IMG/VR virus record: IMGVR_UViG_3300018080_008436 | Coordinates: 124,001-188,000 of that record | Length of the DNA: 64,000 nt | Direction: 5' to 3' (one strand) | Shown: positions 8,956 through 16,970 of the stretch, piece after piece | How the letters are laid out: every line of letters starts with the position of its first letter | How positions within the stretch are numbered: the stretch's first letter is position 1 | Program-made: the position numbers and the translations under genes | Notes under the pieces: model-generated | The model's input: only the letters and a program-made list of their open reading frames with translations | Database searches by the model: none | What the model was told of the DNA's origin: nothing

Positions 8956-9786
8956 TCAAGGTAGAATCTCGTCTTCTTGAAGATTTTTTCTGAAAAGCTT
9001 CTTTTGAATCTTTTTCGTCTCTTGCACTCGAATCTGACGAATTCTCTCTGCGCTAACATTATATTTATCTGCCAAGTCCTGTAGACGGACCTTGTCTTCC
9101 TCATATTTGGAAAGAACGATCTCACGAATTCTTGGATCAAGTTCGTAGAGAATCTCTCGTAAGTACGACAACAGGTCTTCCTTCTCCACATCATCATATG
9201 GAGTAGAATTATCATCTGGAATCAAATCCTCCAACATAGAGGAATCATCACCAGAACCTTGTCGCTTTTGCAGAGAAACTGTGTTGACGCTTTTTGCCCT
9301 TTCAAGCTTCTGCATCTTCTCTTCTGAGAACTCAAGTTTCTCTTTGATCTCTTCCCTATCCATCTCTCCATCTGATTCACGAATAGCGGTCTGGATCTTG
9401 ATTAATCCGTCATGAATGCTTTGAGGAATTGCAACAGGGCAACTTTCTTGGATATGACGAATCATTTCAAGCTTAATCCAGTATCCACAGTAAGTGGTGA
9501 ACTTGCAGTTCTTCTCAAGTTCAAATTTCTCGATAGCAGTCATCATACCGATTACACCTGCTCCAATCATGTCATCCATATCTACTTGACACTTCTTGCA
9601 GTAGTAATTGGCCATTTGGGATACGAACCTAATGTGGCTTCTAACAATCTTCTCAATAGCACTATCTTTCTGTGCTTGGGTGTAATCTTCTCCTTTGATG
9701 ATGGAGAAGAGTTCTCTTTCCTCTTTCAGGGAGATATTTGGAATAGAAACTGAGTTTAGGTACTTATCTGCATCCCAATTCTGCAT
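8956..9786 (-). CDS. Sigma-70 family factor (RpoH/RpoD-like, regions 2-4)
   Basis: DDMIGAGVIGMMTAIEKF, KFTTYCGYWI, VSAERIRQI. Confidence 0.9.
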   Translation of the reverse strand: MQNWDADKYLNSVSIPNISLKEERELFSIIKGEDYTQAQKDSAIEKIVRSHIRFVSQMANYYCKKCQVDMDDMIGAGVIGMMTAIEKFELEKNCKFTTYCGYWIKLEMIRHIQESCPVAIPQSIHDGLIKIQTAIRESDGEMDREEIKEKLEFSEEKMQKLERAKSVNTVSLQKRQGSGDDSSMLEDLIPDDNSTPYDDVEKEDLLSYLREILYELDPRIREIVLSKYEEDKVRLQDLADKYNVSAERIRQIRVQETKKIQKKLFRKNLQEDEILP

Positions 9787-9809
9787 AGGGCCACCTCACT
9801 ATTTAAGTC

Positions 9810-10139
9810 TTATTCAATTGAACCAGTTATCAGGTCAATATCCAGATCATCAACATCTGGTTCTTCTGTAGATACCTCTACAGAAGAAACAATCAATGGA
9901 CCATCAGGATCTGGTCTTTCCATGACTACAGGCTCAAATGTTCCATTCGCCCATGATTGCATCGCTTGAACCATCTCACTTAATTCAAACTGATCATTCG
10001 CTATTACTGATATAGTGCCTCTAGTATAAGATACTGGCAATCCAGCCCTTGCATTCGGCCTCATTATATGTTCAACATCTATTAACGTGACTTCCAATAC
10101 CCTATACTCCCCTAAGAGACTGTATAGACTATTATACAA
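9810..10139 (-). CDS. Hypothetical protein (true start probably internal)
   Basis: ORF track; a GTATAAT motif lies at the annotated start. Confidence 0.5.
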   Translation of the reverse strand: MYNSLYSLLGEYRVLEVTLIDVEHIMRPNARAGLPVSYTRGTISVIANDQFELSEMVQAMQSWANGTFEPVVMERPDPDGPLIVSSVEVSTEEPDVDDLDIDLITGSIE

Positions 10140-10661
10140 TTACCATGGCAGTTCGTCTGATTGTTCTGACCTTTTGTCAAAAAGGTCATAGACTGTCACT
10201 TGGATACCTTTGTCGATCAACTCTTCTTTCAAAATCTTCTCGACCTCTTCCCATTTGCCACCTGCCAAGTCACATCCCATAAGATACGGGAAATGAGCAG
10301 TTGCGTTGTAATGCTTGCAAACTTTACGAATGAATGCACAACCTTCTCGCAGTGCCCAGTATCGAACAGGGGGAACGCCGTTCTGTTCCTTCAATCCATG
10401 CTGACCGATAATGTTAGCAACAACAATGTCATCCTCAACAGCAACAAACTGGACTTTTCCACAAGTGAACTCCTGGTTATTGTGGGAATTAGTTTTGTGC
10501 CAACCAACATAATCAGATCGAACTTTGGGCCATTTGTCCAACAGAGCTTTGGCAACTCCGCTTCCCATTCGGCCCAAATCATTGCAACAATGTCCAATAA
10601 TCTTACGTCCTTCGCCTTGGGGGTTTCTGACATCGCCTCTGCTGATGTATTCAATTTCCAT
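10140..10661 (-). CDS. Macrodomain ADP-ribose-processing protein (TARG1/DarG-like)
   Basis: GDV..IIGHCCNDLGRMGSGVA..PYLMGCDLAGGKW. Confidence 0.85.
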   Translation of the reverse strand: MEIEYISRGDVRNPQGEGRKIIGHCCNDLGRMGSGVAKALLDKWPKVRSDYVGWHKTNSHNNQEFTCGKVQFVAVEDDIVVANIIGQHGLKEQNGVPPVRYWALREGCAFIRKVCKHYNATAHFPYLMGCDLAGGKWEEVEKILKEELIDKGIQVTVYDLFDKRSEQSDELPW

Positions 10662-10752
10662 TGCGTCCTCCTTATAGGTTCTCGTTATAAGTAAGGTAAA
10701 CGCTATATGGATATTGTCAAGCTGTATATCGAAATTTAATCGAAGTTGTCGA

Positions 10753-11610
10753 TTAAGTGAACATTCTCTTCTTGAGGTTATCCTTTTTCCCTTCCAATTG
10801 AGGGGTTTGTGGATATTGTCTTGAAGGAAGTTTCTTTCTCAAAAGCTTGTAGAAGTCATTGTAAGTAAGCTCTGGCTTGCTTCTAATGATCGCAACGGCA
10901 TTCGCAGTCATAGCTCCCTGGAATTTCCCACCAATTCTAGCGTCATAGCTATATTGAGTTGGATTACACCCAGTGATAAGAACTTCTTTCATCTTTTCAG
11001 GTGAGAAGACTTTCTTAGAAACTGACTTAGGAGCGATCTCAAATACTTCTTCATCATCTTCAGGTGGAAGATATCTTGGTTTAGGAGCGTTCTCATCATA
11101 AAGAGTACTCAAAAACGATCTAGTTACTGTTCCTGAATGACATGAGTCAGAAATGAAAGTAAGACTTGCCCCTTCTGGCAATCCGCCTAAGATCTCTCTC
11201 AACTGGTCATCAATCAAAAGTTTGTCATACAAACAAAGAGCTTCGTCTCTTTTGTCAGCTTCGTCTCCACTAACATCTCTGACATTAGTTCCATGTCCTG
11301 AGAAAGTGATGACAACATGACTGTCTGCGGTTGCGTTCTCAACAATCTTTTTCATCTCTCTGACAACATTCTTGTAAGTGGCCTTCTGGTCAAGAAGTTT
11401 GGTCGTTGTGAAGCCATAAAGTTCTTTTAACAATGCTTCCCATGAATTAGCATCGTTAACACAACCTCTAAGATCATTTCTTCTTCCTGGGTAATCATTG
11501 ATTCCAATGTGAAGAGATTGTTTGCAACCTTTCCCCTCACAAACCCTTTCTGTTTTTTTTGTAAAGATTTCAATAAATTTTCTCATGAATTTCCAATCCC
11601 ATAATTTCAT
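10753..11610 (-). CDS. Metacaspase / caspase-like peptidase C14
   Basis: IGINDYPG..LRGCVNDA, FSGHG (catalytic His), ISDSCHSG (catalytic Cys), QTPQL. Confidence 0.9.
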   Translation of the reverse strand: MKLWDWKFMRKFIEIFTKKTERVCEGKGCKQSLHIGINDYPGRRNDLRGCVNDANSWEALLKELYGFTTTKLLDQKATYKNVVREMKKIVENATADSHVVITFSGHGTNVRDVSGDEADKRDEALCLYDKLLIDDQLREILGGLPEGASLTFISDSCHSGTVTRSFLSTLYDENAPKPRYLPPEDDEEVFEIAPKSVSKKVFSPEKMKEVLITGCNPTQYSYDARIGGKFQGAMTANAVAIIRSKPELTYNDFYKLLRKKLPSRQYPQTPQLEGKKDNLKKRMFT

Positions 11611-11672
11611 AATACACCTCCATAGGCAAATCTACGGAGATATTTCTAAAAATAATTAATGAATACCTGCCT

Positions 11673-12359
11673 TTAGATCTCGGTTACATCGCCCTTAGCA
11701 ACAACTCTGGCAAGCCGACCGCAATAGCCCCCATGATGCCTCTTGGCATACTCATCTGGAGTTAATCCACATTTTTCTGAAGCAATAATTGCCAAGCAGT
11801 CTGTGATGGCCAACATAACAAGAATACTGGTTGTAGGTGCGATACCCATCTCTCCAATTTCGTTGATCTCCCCCATGTCCAAGCAAACATCTACTTCATC
11901 CCGAATCGGGCTGTCTTCATGTGAAGTAATTCCAATGAACTTTCTTACTCCAAGATTTTTGGCTAACTTGATTGTTTCAAGTACTTCTCTGGTTTTCCCA
12001 GAAGTCGATGCGACAAACAACACATCATTAAATCCAAGGATACCAAGATCCCCATGAGAAGCTTCTCCTGGGTGTAAGTAACAGGAAGAGAACCCTAAGG
12101 AACAAAGAGTTGAGGAAAACTTCCTCATCGCTACTCCTGCCTTTCCCATACCTGTTGTGACTATTTTGTAGTCTTCTTCTGAAGTTGTCGCGAAACTAGA
12201 ATTCGCAATCAAATCTATGGCGTGAATAAAATTCTCATCTAGTTGAATATTAGCTATTGCTTCGGAAAGAGTAACTAGGTATTGATTACCTTTACTAACC
12301 TCACCATTCAACTCCACCCTCACATTCCTCGTCCTCTCCTTCTCCATCATCTCCATCAT
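11673..12359 (-). CDS. SIS-domain arabinose-5-phosphate isomerase-like protein (KdsD/KpsF/GutQ family, no CBS domains)
   Basis: TGMGKAG, HPGEASHGDLG, STSGKT.E, APTTS, HHGG. Confidence 0.8.
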   Translation of the reverse strand: MMEMMEKERTRNVRVELNGEVSKGNQYLVTLSEAIANIQLDENFIHAIDLIANSSFATTSEEDYKIVTTGMGKAGVAMRKFSSTLCSLGFSSCYLHPGEASHGDLGILGFNDVLFVASTSGKTREVLETIKLAKNLGVRKFIGITSHEDSPIRDEVDVCLDMGEINEIGEMGIAPTTSILVMLAITDCLAIIASEKCGLTPDEYAKRHHGGYCGRLARVVAKGDVTEI

Positions 12360-12834
12360 CTATTTCCTCAAATGAGTCCGTATCAACTGGCCCACCCATT
12401 TGTCCCAATGGAGTGATTTTTCCATCTGGGTTTATGGAGATTGGTATAACACCTTTCTGTCCAGAAAATACGGAGTTTACTAGCGCGTCAAGGAAAGTTT
12501 GACCCTTATTGTAAGCGTCAGACTTGTCGCCTTCTTTTTCAGCATCCTTGACGAAATCATCTACGTCATCTATAGAGTAACTCATTTTTGGATCAGGTAT
12601 TGCCGCATGTTTCAAAACGATGTTTTGCTCTAATTCTTCGAGAGTAAATTCTCCACTTTTTATTTGGCTTTTAAAAACATTAAATCTTCTACACGCTTCT
12701 TTCTTCAAAGCAAGAAGGTCGTTTTCGTTAGCCTCGACCGTCATCATCCCCTGAGTCACATCGTAAAATGCAAGTTCAAAGATGAGTAAGTCTCTTCGTT
12801 GTGCTTCTTCTAGAGTCATTCTGAAATTGTGCAT
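12301..12834 (-). CDS. Hypothetical acidic protein
   Basis: ORF track; RBS present. Confidence 0.6.
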   Translation of the reverse strand: MHNFRMTLEEAQRRDLLIFELAFYDVTQGMMTVEANENDLLALKKEACRRFNVFKSQIKSGEFTLEELEQNIVLKHAAIPDPKMSYSIDDVDDFVKDAEKEGDKSDAYNKGQTFLDALVNSVFSGQKGVIPISINPDGKITPLGQMGGPVDTDSFEEIDDGDDGEGEDEECEGGVEW

Positions 12835-12842
12835 AGTTCTCC

Positions 12843-13961
12843 CTAATCGAACAGGATATCGACTTTATCCACTAATGATGCTATTCCATAGTATTCAAAA
12901 TATTCAAGTAGTTTCACTTTATCTTTTTCCAAATAAGTGATTTCTGGCAAATCTGGGATGTCTTTGTCCATCTTCTTCAAAGAATATGCCAACTTAACAC
13001 GATCCTTGAACATCAAAGCCATCAAATCTGTCTTTGGCATCTTGATTTTTCCTTCTTCAAACCAAGAAAGAAGACCACTATGAGGCATCCCCCAGTAAAT
13101 CTCTGGATATTTCAGCTTACCAGATTTTGTCTCCGCTTTTGCCAATTCATGCCAATGATAATAACAACCTTGAGGATCATCGTCTTCAGAACACCCTTGA
13201 TAAGCAGGGTTCAACTTATGTGGCAACTTACTATCTTCTGTTGTAAGAGGGGCATGCTTCTTTATTAATTCGCTGTGTTTTTCTTCCAAAGCAACAATAA
13301 CTGCTTCCCAAGTCCCACTCTTCTTTATGGCATTCAAGGCGGTTTTCTCGCCCCATCCAGGAATTCCAAAGATGTTGTCTCCATTATCTCCCATCAAAGC
13401 ACCAACATGAACATGCTGTTCTGGAGTGATCCCAAACTGTTCCTCAAATGAATCTTTGGTGACGTAGTCCTCTTTCATCCCATCCCAAACAATCACATTA
13501 TCATCCAATAATTGGTAAAAGTCTTTGTCAGAGGTAACAACTATAATTTGATTGTCTCCTTTAAGTAATTCACAATATGAAGCAATCACATCGTCAGCTT
13601 CGAATCCCTCTATAAAGATCTGAGGGATGCCTGTTTTGCCCAAAGCGTTCTGTAAATGATGCCCTGTATCAAACCATGTCTGTAATGGAGGCTTGGGGTC
13701 TTCTTTCTTTCTATTTTGCTTATAGGCTTCTGGAATCAGTTCTTCTTCTACTCCTTTTTGCGATTCTTCCTTCCTTCTCTTTGAACTACGATCCCAGGCC
13801 ACAAGCATTTGATGATTGGGGAACTTTTTTTTGAGAGTTAAAAGAGAGTTGAAGAAGCCAAAGTGCGCTCCAGACAGCACTCCGTCTTTGTTGGTCAACT
13901 TGTCATTTGCAAAAGCAGATCTGATTGCCAAGTTGTTTCCATCAATGAGTAAATAATCCAT
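12843..13961 (-). CDS. 5'-3' exonuclease / flap endonuclease (Pol I N-terminal / T4 RNase H-like)
   Basis: LIDGNN, YKQNR, FEADDVIA, TSDKDFYQL, GDNGDNIFGIPGWGEKTA. Confidence 0.9.
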   Translation of the reverse strand: MDYLLIDGNNLAIRSAFANDKLTNKDGVLSGAHFGFFNSLLTLKKKFPNHQMLVAWDRSSKRRKEESQKGVEEELIPEAYKQNRKKEDPKPPLQTWFDTGHHLQNALGKTGIPQIFIEGFEADDVIASYCELLKGDNQIIVVTSDKDFYQLLDDNVIVWDGMKEDYVTKDSFEEQFGITPEQHVHVGALMGDNGDNIFGIPGWGEKTALNAIKKSGTWEAVIVALEEKHSELIKKHAPLTTEDSKLPHKLNPAYQGCSEDDDPQGCYYHWHELAKAETKSGKLKYPEIYWGMPHSGLLSWFEEGKIKMPKTDLMALMFKDRVKLAYSLKKMDKDIPDLPEITYLEKDKVKLLEYFEYYGIASLVDKVDILFD

Positions 13962-13985
13962 TGTTTGTCTCCGATGTTTTGAATA

Positions 13986-14882
13986 TTATACAGATTCATT
14001 GTACCAAATTCCAATGCAATCCCTAATCCTTCTATCCAATCCTACTAAGTCGTAGTCCATCCACATCCTTTGTAAATTTCTCAGAGTTCCATCTTCATTT
14101 CTGAATTTATAGAACACTGCTCGTCTGGATTGAAGATAGGGTATCCCTCCCTTTTTGATCTTATGACCACAGTAAGTCAGCCACAATATGGCCGCATATA
14201 TATTTCCGTTATGAGGTCTGACGCATTTTGTAAAATACTTCTGACAGCATTCAGGCATGAACTTAGTAAACAATGCAGGCCAAAATGGAGAGATAAGTTG
14301 TCTCACTTTCCATTCTATTTTATCCTCGACTGGGATACCTAATTTAACAAGTTCATCAATGACACTATCTTGATACAGCATGTAGGATCTTCCATCCCTT
14401 CTATGGAGCCTACCTGTGCAAAGTAATCCTGCAACATATGACATTGAATCATAATTAGGTTTCAGATACAATGCTGGAACCTTCTGCCAGGATCGAGGAT
14501 GCTTTTGTTTCTTCTGGGGCCGTCCATTCTTAATCTTGCCATAATAGGGGCATTCTTTAAAAACCTTTACCAACAAAGGACTCCCCCACCAAGTAAATGT
14601 CGGGTATTGGGTTTTACTCCAGTTAACAGTCCCACATTTTGTAATGCCTGCGATGAAGTCGCCGTTCCATATCGGATGATCAATTTTCATCATGTGATGA
14701 ATATACCACTTAATATTCTTAGAACTTACTGTTCTGTATAAAGTGTCATGACTTATTGATTCATCCAGGTATTCTTCGACATCACGTTCTGTTAACTTTG
14801 CAGACGCAGGTGGTCCATATTTGATGGCGATCTTAGCCGCCATTCTACACTTCTCTAATTTTCTTTCCTCAGATCTTGTCAC
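13986..14882 (-). CDS. Hypothetical basic protein
   Basis: 298-aa ORF, no confident family. Confidence 0.6.
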   Translation of the reverse strand: MTRSEERKLEKCRMAAKIAIKYGPPASAKLTERDVEEYLDESISHDTLYRTVSSKNIKWYIHHMMKIDHPIWNGDFIAGITKCGTVNWSKTQYPTFTWWGSPLLVKVFKECPYYGKIKNGRPQKKQKHPRSWQKVPALYLKPNYDSMSYVAGLLCTGRLHRRDGRSYMLYQDSVIDELVKLGIPVEDKIEWKVRQLISPFWPALFTKFMPECCQKYFTKCVRPHNGNIYAAILWLTYCGHKIKKGGIPYLQSRRAVFYKFRNEDGTLRNLQRMWMDYDLVGLDRRIRDCIGIWYNESV

Positions 14883-15277
14883 GAGCCTATATTCTCAATA
14901 TCGAATTCTTCCTCATCCTCGTCAAAAAACACAGGCTTTCCCTTGTCCTGTACCTTCTTAACGGTGTCCATAGTCCCCCTACAAAGCTCCCTGTCTTTTG
15001 TGACCATAGCGATCAAGACATCAGAGTTCTCTGCAATGTCCGAGTTACGAATGAAACCCGCTCTCTTTCCGTACATCTCCCACTTAGGGTAATATATGGA
15101 GATGGGAACACCATAAGCCTGAGCAATTATCTCTGCGAAAGCGTCTCCACCTTGTGGGCATCCTCCAGAGACAATGTAGTCTCCTTCCTCGTAAATCTCT
15201 AGGAACCTTTCGACACAACATAGGAAGTCATGTTCTGAATCCCTGCGTCTACTCCCTACAATTCCAATATACTTCAT
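14879..15277 (-). CDS. SLOG/DprA-like (DUF2493/YspA-type) nucleotide-binding protein
   Basis: IGIVGSR, IVSGGC..GGD, RN..I..SDVLIA, GT..T. Confidence 0.75.
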   Translation of the reverse strand: MKYIGIVGSRRRDSEHDFLCCVERFLEIYEEGDYIVSGGCPQGGDAFAEIIAQAYGVPISIYYPKWEMYGKRAGFIRNSDIAENSDVLIAMVTKDRELCRGTMDTVKKVQDKGKPVFFDEDEEEFDIENIGS

Positions 15278-15289
15278 TGTCGTACCACG

Positions 15290-15322
15290 AAAAAAACCTT
15301 GGCAAGATTTCTCCCGCCAAGG
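15290..15322 (-). terminator. Strong intrinsic terminator after the AACGQL peptide gene
   Basis: CCTTGGCGGGA-GAAA-TCTTGCCAAGG (11-bp stem with 2 G-U pairs, GNRA loop) followed by T7. Confidence 0.9.
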
Positions 15323-15335
15323 CTGTTAATTTTAC

Positions 15336-15476
15336 TTAGTCTTCAGTAATGATCGAAAGCTGACCACATGCGGCCTTGGCATTGATTTCTGCCTCAGTCG
15401 CAACAGCAACAGCATGATCATAGTTTTCCTGTTCGAGTTCTTCTTTGATGGTTGTCGTCAGATCTTGAGTTTCCAT
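15336..15476 (-). CDS. 46-aa peptide matching the detached C-terminal methyl-Cys segment of an RlmN/Cfr-like enzyme (unannotated)
   Basis: Hand translation METQDLTTTIKEELEQENYDHAVAVATEAEINAKAACGQLSIITED. AAGGAG RBS 6 nt before ATG; terminator directly after. AACGQL matches the RlmN DIDAACGQL motif. Confidence 0.88.
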   Translation of the reverse strand: METQDLTTTIKEELEQENYDHAVAVATEAEINAKAACGQLSIITED

Positions 15477-15541
15477 GATCTTCTCCTTAATTAGAGTTTG
15501 GACTTAGGTTCGTGTCGGAATGACAATAACCTCATATTCTC

Positions 15542-15548
15542 ATTATAC
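15542..15548 (-). promoter_or_regulatory. Class II GTATAAT motif overlapping the radical SAM stop codon (candidate internal promoter for the peptide gene)
   Basis: The same heptamer occurs at about 15 gene boundaries in the window. Confidence 0.55.
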
Positions 15549-16337
15549 CAGATTAATCCCTTCTATTATGCCCTTTCCTAAATTATTTTCGTCAGAAATT
15601 TCATTTTCATTGATTGGTGAGATCTTGATGAAGAAATGCTCTGGGTCAAAATGTTTGCGTAACTCCTTGATATTCCAGTCATCTTCGTCAACCATTGTCA
15701 GGTTAACAGTGGTCTTCAGATTACTCTTTGTCCTAACTGCCCCCAACTGTTGAATGGTCATCTTTTTCTTGTAGGGGATCAAATCATCCCGTCTTTTCTC
15801 CTGCAAGCTATGCAAAGACAACTGAAGGGTAATGTTGTCTCTGATCCAGGAAAAGTCACTTCCTTTAATCCCAATGGTCGAGATATAATGGTGAGTATTC
15901 GGGTATATGGCATTGATCTCTTCAATGGCCTTTCTGACCTCTTCTTCATTCAGAAAAGTATCGCCCATCCTTGTGTAGTTGATCTTGAACTCTTTGCAGG
16001 TTGATGGATTAATTTCTGGATGAGTTGTGAGGACAAACATGACCTGTTGCACAATTTCTTCAGCAGTTAAGTTTCTGAATCTTTTGAGCTTTCCTGTTGC
16101 GCAGAATTTGCAACGAATTGGACATCCACTGGATACGGAGACTCCGATCATCCATCGTTCTGTCCTATCTCCAACTTCACAGTCTTTGAGCTTGTTTTGC
16201 TTTCTTCCGATTGCGTCTTTGGTATAGAATGGGAGGAAAGTATCTGTCAACTCAATGGGGTAGCCATCTTCAGTTTCTAGGGCGTAAACAACTCCATTGG
16301 TGAATTCTCTTTTTCTGATTTCTTTTAACATTACCAT
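15543..16337 (-). CDS. RlmN/Cfr-like radical SAM enzyme, truncated at both ends (likely start 16331)
   Basis: IELT, SVSSGCPIRCKFCATG (CxxxCxxC), RNLTAEEIVQQV, RMGD, ISTIG, LQLSLHS..RRDDLIP. Lacks the C-terminal AACGQL and has G where RlmN has the resolving Cys (LCVSSQVGC vs IGVSVSSGC). Confidence 0.9.
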   Translation of the reverse strand: MVMLKEIRKREFTNGVVYALETEDGYPIELTDTFLPFYTKDAIGRKQNKLKDCEVGDRTERWMIGVSVSSGCPIRCKFCATGKLKRFRNLTAEEIVQQVMFVLTTHPEINPSTCKEFKINYTRMGDTFLNEEEVRKAIEEINAIYPNTHHYISTIGIKGSDFSWIRDNITLQLSLHSLQEKRRDDLIPYKKKMTIQQLGAVRTKSNLKTTVNLTMVDEDDWNIKELRKHFDPEHFFIKISPINENEISDENNLGKGIIEGINLV

Positions 16338-16828
16338 ATCTCCGTTATTCCAAATGGTTCTTGATCTTCTGGTTCTTCTGGTTCTTGTTTAAAATCTAAT
16401 GTTTTCTTTTTCTCTGATTCTGGTGGCTCACTTTTACTAACATCTACCCAGTGAGGAACTCCAACATTAAAAACAGTTTCTGAATAGTGGATTCTAGCAT
16501 CACATCCACCATGCATAAACATATGGTTGTTTAGTATGCATTTAAAAGTCTTTTGATCCATAAAATTGAATCCTTTAGGACTCACTTTTATGAAAGTTAC
16601 AGGAAACCATGCTTTGAATTTTCCATTCCACTCGGTCCTGATCCAATAGGTCCGACCAAGCTTCAGTTTCATATATTTGTTTCTTTTTCTGTATGTGGTT
16701 TGAAATCTGTAACTAGACATTGATTCACTCCATAGAAGATTATGGTCCAAGAACCTTTCCAATCTTTTTCCAGGTCTCATAACCACGAACAGGTTTATCA
16801 CAAATAGGACAAACTCCTGAAGCTTCAA
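16331..16828 (-). CDS. Hypothetical protein (true start probably internal)
   Basis: ORF track. Confidence 0.5.
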   Translation of the reverse strand: MKLQEFVLFVINLFVVMRPGKRLERFLDHNLLWSESMSSYRFQTTYRKRNKYMKLKLGRTYWIRTEWNGKFKAWFPVTFIKVSPKGFNFMDQKTFKCILNNHMFMHGGCDARIHYSETVFNVGVPHWVDVSKSEPPESEKKKTLDFKQEPEEPEDQEPFGITEIW

Positions 16829-16970
16829 CTATCTGAAACCATTTACTCCCTTGACTGATGGACAATCCGTGTTTCCTATCTGCCAAATGACACTTTCCTC
16901 CTTTGAATTCCCCATGCTCACAACCTTCCATAATATTACTCAACTCCATAAGCTTTCTTGACTCTTTCAA
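16740..16970 (-). CDS. Small Cys-rich hypothetical protein
   Basis: CEH..CH..CPIC. Confidence 0.5.
   Translation of the reverse strand: MKESRKLMELSNIMEGCEHGEFKGGKCHLADRKHGLSISQGSKWFQIVEASGVCPICDKPVRGYETWKKIGKVLGP

Noticed and set aside
13986-14882. LAGLIDADG homing endonuclease (YVAGLLCTG)
   Set aside because: Only one weak motif, lacking the acidic catalytic residue.
15477-15542. Frameshift, readthrough or intron rejoining the radical SAM ORF and the peptide
   Set aside because: The ORF ends in tandem TAA TGA, the gap is too short for a self-splicing intron, and the peptide has its own RBS and promoter motif. Ribosomal bypassing is not formally excluded.
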